Program-made: the position numbers and the translations under genes
NCBI RefSeq assembly: GCF_006345805.1
Contig: NC_042999.1
Location: 156,302,001-156,366,000, forward strand
Direction of reading: 5' to 3'
DNA length: 64,000 nucleotides
Source: Octopus sinensis
Lineage: Eukaryota
The notes under the pieces: model-generated
What the model was told of the DNA's origin: nothing
What the model saw: the letters and a program-made list of their open reading frames with translations, nothing else
Database searches by the model: none
Shown here: positions 50,863 through 63,439 of the stretch, one piece after another
How the letters are laid out: each line of letters opens with the position of its first letter
Position numbering within the stretch: the first letter of the stretch is position 1

Positions 50863-52454
50863 GGTAATTTTTGTCATGGCCTGACATGTTATCACAGAAG
50901 ATTGGAAGTGAATACACTGCCTGTATGAACATGTTACTCATTTACAAATACCATGTGATGTCAAGACAAGGAGATGCACACACGCGTACGCGTGCACACA
51001 CACACTCACACACACACACATACATGTAATGTGTGTGTGTGTGATGGTGAGTAGGGTAGTTTTTGGACACTCTATGGTATGAAAAATGAAACTTGTCAAA
51101 GGGCAGATGAACTCGGGAGAGTCAAAAGTCTTTCAATTACATGATATATACATGTGGGTGTGTAGACCTAAAACTTTCTGGAATGGTACTGAGGTATGCA
51201 TTTAACTTACAAGGGTGAGTTGTGGGCTATATATGAGAGAAAGGGAGTGAATGTGTGGAGAAAGTTAAGTTGAAAATTGAGTTGATGACCACAATACATA
51301 TGTATATCATAATTTCTGTGCTTGCATGAGTTGGATGGAATTTTTTGAAGCAGACTTTCTACGGCTGGATGCCCTTCCTGTTGTAAATCTCACCCGTTTC
51401 CAAGCAAGGTAATATTTCCATTACCACGTTTGGATGGTGCTTTTAACTGCCCTGAAAAACCCATTGGCCACGTTTGGATGGTGCTTTTTATGTGCCACTG
51501 GCACAGGAGCTGCTCAGGCAGACCTGGTATTGATCACATTCTGATAGTGCATTGATATATATTATATAACTAACAAGAATATGAAACTACTATAAACAAA
51601 TGGAAATAACATATTGCTTACCTCAGTTGTCTTATCTGAGGTGCGCACACACACACACACACACACACACACCACACACACACACACTTGCATACACTTT
51701 TTAACCTTTTACTTGTTTTAGTCATTAGATGGCAGCCATGCTGAGGCCTTCAAGAATTTTAGTTCAGTGAATCAACTCTGGGATTTATTCTGTTGGCCCC
51801 TTTTGCCAAACCACTAAGTTATGGGGACATAAACACACCAATGTTGTCAAGCAGTGATGGAGGACATAGACACACAATACAAATTTTCTGTTTCTGTCTA
51901 ATAAATCTACTGTTTACAATACTCTGGTCAGCCCAAGATTGTGGTCGAGAAGCAAACTTCTTGCCTATATATATATATATATATCATCATTTAACATCCT
52001 TTTTCCATGTTGGCATGGGTTGACTGCTTTGACAGGAGCTGGCTAGGCACAAGACTACACCAGGCTTTACTGGCTGTTTTGGTATGTTTTTTTTTTATGG
52101 CGGGATGCCCTTCATAACTCCAACCAAAATACGATCATTTAAAATTTAAATATATTTTCTTGGCAGTTTGTGGATTTAGAATAATTCAGTATTACATTCA
52201 GAAATGGTAAAACATCCTTGATTATTCAAGAATAATAGACTTTCAAGTTCACACCATGTTCATCTAAGTGGATAAAGAACCCTTTCAGGAACCTCACTCT
52301 GAGTGGGAACATGCAGTTATTAAGAATAGGTTTCTTGAGAAAGCTTTTTCTTTCTTTGCCTGTTTGGCCTTGGTTGGTTGGTTGGTTTCTCCCTTGGGCA
52401 GTTTGAGCAGCATATAAGAGAGGACTCTTGCCAGCTCCCTTGCTTAACTCTTCA

Positions 52455-52516
52455 TCATTTCTGAAGAAAGGCTAGTAATGAGTTGTCATTTTTTGCCATT
52501 CCTTGCAGTAGAGATC
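52455..52516 (-). CDS. Candidate terminal coding exon of an unidentified minus-strand gene
   Basis: (CT)n polypyrimidine tract plus ttcag|GA. It reads (R)SLLQGMAKNDNSLLAFLQK*, in frame with the 53505-53589 exon, and is followed by unique UTR-like sequence. Confidence 0.45.
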
Positions 52517-52776
52517 CTGAAAGAGAGAGAGAGAGAGAGGAATTGATTCCAGTACTTGGTCAGTATTTTATATATCAACCATAGAAAGTTAAAAAATAAA
52601 GTTGACCAGATCCAGACTTGAATACTGATAGCTAGAACAAATGTAACAAGGCATTTTATCTGATGTCTAAATGACTGAATTTACTGCCCTTTTTAGAATC
52701 TTGTTTAATATTCATTGGAAATTATTAAAGGATCATCTGATTCTTTAGTTTTAAACTTTTATCGTTGTTGTTTTGA

Positions 52777-53135
52777 TTGGCTATGTGGTAAGTAGTTTGC
52801 TTACCAACCACATGGTTCCGGGTTCAGTCCCACTGTGTAGCATCTTGGGCAAGTGTTTTCTACTATAGCCTTGGGCTGACCAAAGCTTTGTTAGACGGAA
52901 ACTGAAAGAAGCCTGTCATATATATGTGTGTGTGTGTGTCTGTTTGTTGCCCCACCATCGCTTGACAACCGATGTTGGTGTGTTTATGTCCTTGTAAACT
53001 TAGCAGTTCAGCAAAAGAGATTGATAGAATAAGTGCTAGGCTTTCAAAGAATAAGTCCGGGGGTCGATTTGTTCGATTAAAGGTGGTGCTCCAGCATGGC
53101 TGCAGTCAAAATGACTGAAACAAATAAAAGAATAT
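52777..53135 (+). mobile_element. tRNA-derived SINE, family A
   Basis: Near full-length copy. Confidence 0.85.
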
Positions 53136-53256
53136 AGAGGAGGTGCATGGTTTAATGGTTAGGGTGTTTTACCCTAGATCATAATATTGTAGGGCGATGA
53201 ATTGTGTTCTATTATTTATCAATAATAGATTTTATTTTACTATTTACCTATAGTAA

Positions 53257-53296
<40 letters not shown>

Positions 53297-53504
53297 CCCT
53301 CAAATTGAATGCATAATATATTTTCTATTGCTTACAGAAAGATTAATGTCTTATTTGAACAGATTGATAAATATTTTTCATACCAATAACTAAGTTTAGT
53401 TATATACTATTTAACTATTTGTGTGTTGTAGTTCATTGTTTCATGCTCCAATTGGTTCCAGTTTTTTCTTCTACTGTTACTCTGTGGAAAATTGAGTCGC
53501 TTAC

Positions 53505-53589
53505 TGATATTTTCCCTTTTCCCATGTTGTATTAATTTGTCTTGTAATGTAAAAGAAGACAAAAATATTGTGGCAAATGTACTTTTAAG
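53505..53589 (-). CDS. Candidate penultimate coding exon of the same minus-strand gene
   Basis: Acceptor actctctttcag|C, donor TCA|gtaagc, 85 nt with a single open frame LKSTFATIFLSSFTLQDKLIQHGKRENI+A. The phase matches the 52516 exon. Confidence 0.45.
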
Positions 53590-54216
53590 CTGAAAGAGAG
53601 TGTTTTACATGTATGTCCAAAGTAACAATTAGATTCTTGCAGATTGACAGCTTTCATATTTCTCACTAAATTCATGTGTGTGTGTGTATGCTCATATGTA
53701 TATATATATATATGTGTGTGTGTGTGTATTACATTGGTCAATTCATAATAGCTTGTAAATTATTAACCATTTGCAGATAAAACTACAAATATTTTCAAAC
53801 TAAAGAGTGAAGAATCTGATTTAGGAGATACAAAAAAGTATTTTATATATATATTTATAATGTGGAGGTGCAATGGTTAAGGCAGCAGACTCATGGTTGT
53901 AGGATCGTGGTTTCGATTCCCAGACCGAGCGTTGTGAGTGTTTATTGAGCGAAAACACCTAAAGCTCTACGAGACTCCAACAAGGGGGTGGTGGTGATCC
54001 CTGCTGTACTCTTTCACCACAACTTTTTCTCACTCTTTCTTCTGTTGGCCTGCTTGCTGTTGGCTGCCAGTGGGGTGGCGTCATTTGAAGGCTAAAACAA
54101 TGCGAAGCGCATTGTGACCAGCGATGTGTAGCAACATCTGATAGCCTGGTCAGTCACGGTGATATATATATATATAATTGGTGCTTGTGAAAGAAATTCT
54201 GAAAATATTATACGTC

Positions 54217-55186
54217 AAATTTAGAAAGCTTCTACCCCAACTGGTGACAAAGAGTCTCTCGCTCAGAGTGAAAGGTAGATTGTACAACGCATGTGTGCGA
54301 ACTGACATGCTTCACGGTAGTGAAACATGGGCTGTGACTGCAGAGGACATGTGTGGTCTTGAAATGAAGCTAGCATGATCCGCTAGATGTGTAATGTCAG
54401 TGTGCACACATGACAAGTGTAAGTGCCCTGAGAGAAATGCTGGACATAAGAAGCATCGGATGTGGCATGCAAGAGAGATGTTTGCTCTGGTATGGTCACG
54501 TACTACGTATGAATGAGGAGAGATGTGTGAAGAAGTGCCACTCCCAAATAGTTGAAGGAATCCGGGGTAGAGGTAGACCCAGGAAGACATGCGATGAGGT
54601 GGTCAAGCATGACCTTCGAATATTGGGCCTCACAGAGGCAATGGCGAAAGACCGAGACCTCTGGAGATATGCTGCGACTGCGAAGACCCAACAAATAATG
54701 TGAGTTCATGGCTGTTTCCTGCACCAGCTTCCCATAGAAGTCCCAGCCCATCCAAAGTACCTTGGATCGCAGGACGGCCTGCTGTGCTTACCTTGGATCG
54801 TAGGGCGACCTGCTGTGCTTGAGGAGACCTATTGAGTCAAGTACATCACCATCAAAAAAATCAAATGGAAATTGTAGTTGTGACACCTGTGCCGGTGGCA
54901 CATAAACAGCACCATCCGAACGTGGCCTATGCCAGTGCCGCCTTGACTGGCTTCCGTGCCGTTGGCACATAAAAACCACCAACTGATCGTGGCCGTTGCC
55001 AGCCTTCCCTGGCACCTGTGCTGGTGGCACGTAAAAAGCACCCACTACACTCACGGAGTGGTTGGCCTTAGGAAACACTGCCAGACCAGACTGGAGCCTG
55101 GCACAGCCTCCTGGCTTCCCAGACCCCGGTTGAACCGTCCAACCCATGCTAGCATGGAAAATGGACATTAAACGATGATGATGATG
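54217..55186 (+). mobile_element. 5'-truncated RTE LINE (ORF2 C-terminus, 3' UTR, (GAT)n tail)
   Basis: KFRKLLPQLVTKSLSLRVKGRLYNACVRTDMLHGSETW...LLWYGHVLRMNEERCVKK...GRGRPRKTCDEVVKHDL...DRDLWR, with frameshifts. This links the abundant '...gcatggaaaacggacgttaaatgatgatg' repeat to RTE. Confidence 0.93.
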
Positions 55187-56161
55187 ATCTTCATAGCACA
55201 TTCGATCTAATACATGGAGCTTCATCTCACTCTGATGAAGCTCCATGTATTAGATCGAATGTGCTATGAAGATGACGAATATTATTTTCAGAATTTCTTT
55301 TGTAAGCACTGACTAACATTGGAATCTGAAACCCTTAAGATATGTTATGTCATGTTTTATCATAAAAAATAAACAACTGATATGGTTCAATTTGTTTGTT
55401 TGTTGATAAAAATTTTTTTCCCATTTTCTGAATTTGATTCCTGATAAACTTTTTCCTGATAAATTTTTTCCCTATTTTCTAAATTTGATTCCTGATAAAC
55501 TTTTGATTATTCTGTTGTTACCTGTACCCTATAAGCTTAGTGTACCTGCACACCTATGCCCATGATAGCATAGGTAATTAATACCAATAGAAAATATGGA
55601 TACTATTATCCCTTAGACGGTCACTACAACCACTAACTCTGCTTACCTTTGACATATATATATTTATATCACCATGATCACCGTGACCGACCAGGCTATC
55701 AGATGTTGCTACACATCGCTGGTCACAATGTGCTTTGCATTGTTTTAGCCTTCAAATGATGCCACCCCGCTGGCTAAGCGAGCAGGCCAACAGAAGAAAG
55801 AGTGAGAGAAAGTTGTGGCAAAAGAGTACAGCAGGGATCGCCACCATCCCCTGCCAGAGCCTCGTGGAGATTTAGGTGTTTTCGCTCAATAAATACTCAC
55901 AACGCCCGGTCTGGGAATTGAAACCGCAATTCTACAACCGCGAGTCTGCTGCCCTAACCACTGGGCCATTGCGCCTCCACATATATATATATATATATAT
56001 ATGTAATTATAATTTAACAATAGGATAAAATCTTTATAAGAATTTATCAAGTAGTTAGCGTGAAAGAGTCCCTCTTAGCATGTGGCATTTATGTATAGTA
56101 ATGCCCTCAACACACACATACACACACACACACACAACACACACACACACACACACACCAC

Positions 56162-56195
<34 letters not shown>

Positions 56196-58529
56196 TCAGG
56201 TTTATCTCTGGCATCTCTACCTGACAGAACCATTTCACTGTTATCCCTCTTTCATTTTTACCCACATTTTTCTCCTTAGTATTTAAACTGACCATATCTG
56301 GCCAAAGTATTCTACTTGTTTTATGTTCAAACCGTCCAGATCTCACTTCTCATATCTACTCTACAATGTCATTCTAATAATATACAACCACATTTCAGAG
56401 ATATCTCGAAACTTTGAGATAATACATGATTAAAATCAAAACATGTTAATAAGTCATTATTATTTGCCGGGTGATCTGAATGCTAAAGAGTTAAATTGAT
56501 AACCCTCTTGAACCACCAAATTATCTGTCTTCTGCTGCCTTTCACATCTACCTCACATTCTTACAGCCTTCCCAACTAGGTTATTTCCTTCTCTCGCTTT
56601 TGCCTGCCTATCCCCTCTCTCTCTTCACTTGCTCACTATATCAGTACTATTGTTACTATTTTGCTGTCCTTCACTCCCCATTTTCCTGTACTGTCAATTA
56701 TCTCCTCTCCCCTACCTCTTCCCAACTCCTGAATCATTATTTACCCCACAACCCTTCCCAATTTCTATAGTTAGTTACCTCCTTATAATTTGCAGTGGTA
56801 TTCACCCCAGGGTAGGTTCAGTCCGCTCTGACCACCAAGTTCATCACATCCTTCATAAATGCTGATCACATTTAACACTCAGCTGTAGTCGAGGCTATAA
56901 TGAAATCCCACTCCTGGTTCCACTGCTAAAGACCATAAATGCAGGTGGGAGGAAGCCTGATTGTGCTTCTACACCTACCTATATTGTCACAAGGCAGTCC
57001 ACCTGTCTCCCCTCCCTGGCTGGTGCAAATGACCTGGAGGGCAACTGAAAATGTGGCTGGCAGGTGCTTCCTACAGTTGTTACCTGTCCTCACCTCATTC
57101 TTACCTCCCCCTACATATCATCCCTCAACACTTGTTCATAATATTCACCCTCTTGCCCATCCACTATCTCTAACCATCTCTTATTTTCTCATACCCTTTT
57201 GCAACCTCTACCCACCCATACTTCCTCTTTTCTTCTCCTCACTCACTTCTATTCGTAACATGAAAATAGTTCGAAAACAATTCTTCGAAAAACAGTTATT
57301 CATTTGTGTACTTGATTTTTAATTTCATTTAATTTATTTTTGTTTAAATAAAAGAAAAAAATTTAAGGATCTAGTCTTTCTCATTCACAAAATGAGCCCC
57401 ACTTAATTTTGCTCGGATTGCTTTCAGTTTTGGTGTATTGATGCGACTCTGAATTTTGATTATGATCGATCAATTACTTTATCTCGTAAATTAAAGAATC
57501 TGATGTTATTTGGAATTAAAGTTGAGAAATTTGGGTAATTTTAGCCAATCAACAGACAGTGTGGCATCAGCAGCTTGTTACCATGACAACCACACACTGT
57601 GTTGTGGTTCACTGTTGTCTTATGTTGATTTTTCACACTTAATTCTTCATACCACGAGATTTTTTTCACCCCTCGTGTTTTGTTTTAATTTTTCTGTGTT
57701 TCTCTTTGTTAGTATTTCCCTGTGCTTTTTTTCTGTGTTAGTATTTTTACATATTTTCTATTTCATATATTTTGGGGACTCGTTGACTCAGATAGCTGGA
57801 TTTATGATTTCACTAGGTTAATACTATTCATAAAAATTTTAATTAGGAGTATTTCTTAAACAGTTAGCTTCACATTTCAACAGCTTGACTGAAATTTAGC
57901 CCTCGTAACAGGAACTGAGAGAGATATCGTGGAACAGAGAAACTGTGGGTGATACAGATAATTTGACATTATTTTTGAACTCTGCATGCAAAAACATACG
58001 AGATACAGGTATTCTTTTCCTTGGGACAAATTCTTTGTTGACCAGTGATATTCTTATCGTAGTTTACAAATCCAAGCTTGAAAACGTTACTCAGCTTTGG
58101 AGTTTTGGAGACAGACACCCCTTTCATATACACACACGCACATGAATACATAAATGTACATATAAACTTATATATGAATACATACATCCACATGCACTTA
58201 TGTATTAATGATGTACACAAATACATGACAGGTATGCATAATACTGAAGTACGCATAAAGTAAACACATGCAGACAAATATATTAATATAGCAAATTAAA
58301 AAAGTAATTAAACCATACAATCAATGAAGAGACAAAAGAAACAGTAAGATAATACATGTTGATTTTAGCAACCTACAATGAACAGGTCAAAAGCTAAACT
58401 ATAAATTTCACAGGGTACAACCTTAAAGTTGGCATTGCTCTGCTAAACGCAGAAAATTTCTGTCTCACTATTGGGTAAAAATATACGGTTTTTTCGATTT
58501 TTAAACCTCTGTAACTTTTTTCCTACAAT

Positions 58530-59535
58530 TTTCTGATCTATTTCATCTCAATTGCAGATTTTTTAATCAATTTTTTTTAACTAAACAGTTTGAAACTTCG
58601 AATACTGGTACAATTTCTGGTGTAGAATACAGTTTACTCTGAACGTTTTTGACAAAATTTTGTATTTTAGAAGTTATTTCATGTTAAAGTTGTCGTATTT
58701 AGGTAATTTCAACCAATCAACAATGTATAATTGGTTGAAGAAAGCTACTGCTGTTTTCGATAGTAATCAAAGAAGAACAACTTCCAGGTCATCTCTACTA
58801 AATGTAACCACTCTGTTCTATTCATATGGCAAGCAAACCACCTTTATCCTTTCCTCCTTTCTAGTCAGCTCTGTGCATTCCTTACTCTTTCCCTCCCTTC
58901 TACACTATCAACTAGCAATCAGCAAGCAAACTTATCACTGCCACTACAATTACTGTATTTTCTGGTGTATAAGCCACTATTTGTTTTGTTTTACCTTCAT
59001 GTTTTGATAATGTTATTTTTTATCTAATAAAGACTTTTATATTGACGAAATGTGTCTGTTATTGATTATAGTAAGATAAAATCATGACAATACATATCGT
59101 AGTTGTAAAATAGGGCATTTTGAAACTACATACACATCAACAACAAAAAAGCCAGCTGCAATTCTTCGAACAGAGTGGTGACATTGAGTAGAAATGACCC
59201 AGAAGTTGTTCCTCTTTGATTACTACCACTAACAGCAATAGCTTTCTTCAACTGAATACATATCGTTGATTGGTTGAAATTACCCAAATACAACAACTTT
59301 AACACAAAATAATTTATAAAAAAAAACAATTTTTTTCAAAAATATTCAGAGTAAACTGTGTTCTATGTGAGAAATTTTACCAGTATTCAAAGTTTTAAAC
59401 TGTTTTCATTTTCATTTCATTTTCATCTAGTTTCAGCTCACGAGCTGTGGCCATGATGGGGCACTGCCGTTCAAAAAATTTAGTTAAAAAAATTTAATTA
59501 AAAAATCTGTGATGGAGATGGAATAGATCCCAGTT
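58530..59535. mobile_element. Old long-inverted-repeat DNA element (~290-bp arms)
   Basis: 58530-58818 versus 59168-59535 are reverse complements (roughly 80-85% by eye), and the right arm is interrupted by a ~65-bp insert. Related sequence at 57255-57560 and 59535-59780. Confidence 0.7.
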
Positions 59536-60258
59536 TTTTTTCTCCACAAATTCATACCTTCAAAACAATGAGACTGAAAGCTGATTTTTCAGATTTTTTA
59601 CTGGTTTTTAAAAAAATGCATATTTTGCAAATCAAAAAAAAACTAGATCCAAATTTAGAATGATTATTTCGTATAATTGTCGTTTTGAATAATTTTCATT
59701 CAAACAATTTTCTGTTTGAATAAATGTTTATTGAATAATTGTTTTCGAGCGATTATTTTTGAACAATGTTCACATAATCTTTCTATTCACCTCATATCTT
59801 GAAATTCCATCCTGATACTGTCATTTCTATCTCTTTCCAGTTCCACCCTGTTCTCTCTTACGTAATGTGTGCATGCGTATGTGTGTAGCTAGTAACTCTC
59901 TTATGGCAAGAAACCAGTTCTGTTTCTGGTTCCTTCTCTCTCACTTTAACCCCTCATCCCATAGCATAAAGCTGCTGCCTTCTCTACTATAGCCCTACTC
60001 GGTCAAAGAGGATCTTAGTATTGTAGGCTGCATGGTGACCTTACAAGTGCCAATGCTTTGAAAAAATAACTGTCCAGCCTGTGGAGCATGGTCTTGAAAT
60101 GAGGCTGATAACCACACACACACTCTCTCTCTCTCTTTGACTGAATTTGTAGATAAAAATATTTAAAGCCAGCAGCAGGTCAAAAGGAAGGTAGATGTTT
60201 TATCTGTCTACAAAATAGTATAAAGGAAAGTATGTCTGTCTGATTGTATCTGTTTGTG

Positions 60259-60309
<51 letters not shown>

Positions 60310-62009
60310 GTGTGTGTATGTGTGTGTGAAAGATGACACCCAAAAAGATAAAGCTTTAAACCTGACCTGTTTTCAGATTTCCTTTTAAAGTGAGTAAAAC
60401 AGAAGTAAATATGAACACAAAAAATGTATATAAACAACAGAAAATTGTGAAGCAAAATAAGATACAAAAACACTTATAAAATAAATTATAATTAGAATAT
60501 CAAACAAAAATGAATGAAAAGCCAAAGATAAGGGGAAATATTTAAAAAAACAAGACTTAAAAGGAAAGGCAAGAAATTGAAGATTATGAATCTGTGTGTG
60601 GAATAAATTGCTCTGTTATTAGTTCTCTAGTGTCTACCTATAATTTGGTGTTAGAAAGAAATTGAACCTGTTTACTTACGTTTTGGTAAAGACTGGTACT
60701 TATTCTATTGGTCTCTTTTTCCTGAACCTTTAGCCTACGAGAACATAAACACACCAACACCGGTTGTGAAGCACTGGTGGGGGGAACAACACAGACACAA
60801 GGATACATGCACAGACACACACACACACATACACATGTGAAAAGCATGCAGTCCACTCTGTAAAACAGTTGGCATTAGGAAGGGCATCCAGCTGTAAAAA
60901 CCATGCCAAACTGACCTTGCCTGTTCTGGTGTCATGTAAAAAGCATTCTCTATCATTTTCCCATAATGCATGGAATTTCTTATTTGTTTCTAGGTGCAGG
61001 CATGGTTGTGCAATGAGAAGTTTACTTCTTATCCACATGGTTCTGGGTTCACTCCTGTTGTATAACATCTTGGACAAAAGTCTTCTATTGTCTCATACCA
61101 ACCAAAGCCTTGTGAATGGGTTTGTTTGTTGGATACTGAAAGAAGCCTTTGTGTGTGTGTGTCTCCTTGTTTAGGTGTTGTGTGATGGTTGTAAAATTCT
61201 TGTCACTGTCATACAATCAGTGTCTTGCAATTCCAAAATTCTGTGATAACATGTCTAAGTATGGGAAATATTTTCTTACTTGGAAATCGTTGAGGGTTGG
61301 CAACAGGAAGGGCAGCTGGCCACAGAAAATCTGCTTCATTAAATCCTGTCTGATCCATGTAAGCATATGTAATCGACCCATCTCCTTCTCCAAAATTACT
61401 GCCCATGTGACAAAATTTGAAACTATTATTATTCTTATTATAATAATAATAATAAGGCGAGCTGGCAGAATTGTTAGCACGCTGGGCGAAATGCTTAGCG
61501 GTATTTTGTCTGTCGCTATGTTCTGAGTTCAAATTCCACCAAGATTGACTTTGCCTTTCATCTTTTCAGGGTTGATAAAATAAGTACCAGTTATGCCCTG
61601 GGGTTGATGTAATTGACTTAATCCCTTTGAGACATTATGCTTCCAGCAGAAAGAATTATCATTATGATGTTGTGTGATGGTTGTAAAATTCTTGTTACTA
61701 TATTACAATTGGAACCAACACAACTAAAAAAAAATAAACTCAATATTTTTTTTTTTTAGTTTACTTAATAATTATAGATTAGTTTCTCTATAGTTCTAAT
61801 ATGACTTGTAACATCTGCTGAGAAAGGTCAAAAAAAAAAAAAGAGAAAAATATCCTACAAAATTTTGTATATGTAAAATCATGATGAATGTATTTTTGTA
61901 TGATGTGAAATATATGCATGTTCATGATTATGAAAATTTTGCTGAAACCATGTATCAAGTGTTCGGTGCACATTCTGTTTTACTTACGGTGCATATTTAC
62001 ACAGGCTGG

Positions 62010-62405
62010 TCACGTCTTCAGAATGTCTGCTAAGTTTGTGTCAAAACTTCTTTTGGGTGACCAAAAAATACATTTGAGTTTCAGTTGAACAGAATCTCCT
62101 TGATTGTGTCGAGAACGATGAAAACTCTTTGAAAACTTTGCATAGGCCTCTGAGCAGGTATCGCCAAGCTTTTGGCAACATTTAATGCAGATTCTCTGCT
62201 CAACTTTCTCTGTCATGGTCAGTGCGACGACCACATGCTACACACCTTCCTTCCAAGGACTGCTGTAAACAGTGGAAGTGAACTAGAATGTTAAAACTTA
62301 GTGTGCATGCACAGCAGAGTTCAAGGTCAATCTGTGCCAAGTAGCTTCACTCTGCATGCTTTAGCATCATTACTATGGCAACAGCCTGGATACTTATTGA
62401 TCAGA

Positions 62406-62410
<5 letters not shown>
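62010..62410 (-). pseudogene. Mariner transposon 5' fragment
   Basis: TIR-like cgaggtctgatcaataagtatccagg. MTEKVEQRICIKCCQKLGDTCSEAY matches the mariner N-terminal 'EQR.CIKFC.KLG' HTH. Confidence 0.85.
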
Positions 62411-62479
<69 letters not shown>

Positions 62480-62482
<3 letters not shown>

Positions 62483-62845
62483 CATTTAACGTCCGTTCTC
62501 CATGCTAGCATAGGTTGGATGATTCGACCAGGATCTGGGAAGCCAGAAGGCTGCACCAGGCTCCAGTCTGATCTGGCAGTGTTTCTACAGCTGGATGCCC
62601 TTCCCAATGCCAACCACTCCATGAGTGTAGTGGGTGCTTTTTACGTGCCAGGCGAGGCTGGCAACAGCCACGATTGGATTGGTGCTTTTTACGTGTCACC
62701 GCCACGGAAGCCAGTCAAGGTGGCGCTGGCATTGGCCATGTTCGGATGGTGCCTTTTACGAGCTACTGGCACAGGGATCACAACTACAATTTCCATTGAT
62801 TTTTGATGTTGGTGTACTTGACTCAATAGGTCTCCTCAAGCACAG
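62480..62845 (-). mobile_element. RTE LINE 3' UTR fragment
   Basis: Same family as 54700-55186. Confidence 0.85.
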
Positions 62846-63439
62846 GGTCGAAACAGTGTTTCTTTATATAAATTGATGTTTTCTGTGAAATATATTAAAG
62901 TTTAAATTATGGTTGGCTAATTTAATTGAAGTTTCCACTTTCAGTGGGGCAGTGAGTTATAAAATGTTATTAAAAATTGTTTTGTTAAATTTAACAAAAC
63001 AAGCATTTGATACATTGTAAAACAAAGTATTGATTTCTGGCCACTGTCGACATTTTGATTGTCTCAGTATTGTTTTGCATTTTTTTTTTTGTTGGTTGGG
63101 ATGGTGGGGTTTCATTATTAGAAATAGTGTTGCTGGTATCAATGACTATTTTGTTTCATTACTTTAACTCCAGCAGTGGTGAGCTGGCAGAAATGTTAGC
63201 ACGCTGGACAGAGTGCTTAGCAGTATTTGACCTTTCATTACATTCTGAGTTCAAATTCTTCTGCTGAAGTTGACTTTGCCTTTTGTCCTTTCGGGGGTCA
63301 ATAAATTAAGTACCAGTTTTGTAATGGGGTTGATCAAATACACTGGCCTCCTCCCTTAAAATTTCAAGCCTTTTGCCTATAGTAGAAAGGATTATTTTAA
63401 CTCTATCTTTATCTTATTTTTTTCATTTGCAATATTATT

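Noticed and set aside
57911-58145. Open plus-strand frame ELREISWNRETVGDTDNL... considered as LysM exon 2
   Set aside because: It does not encode the second half of a LysM domain and has weak acceptor context.
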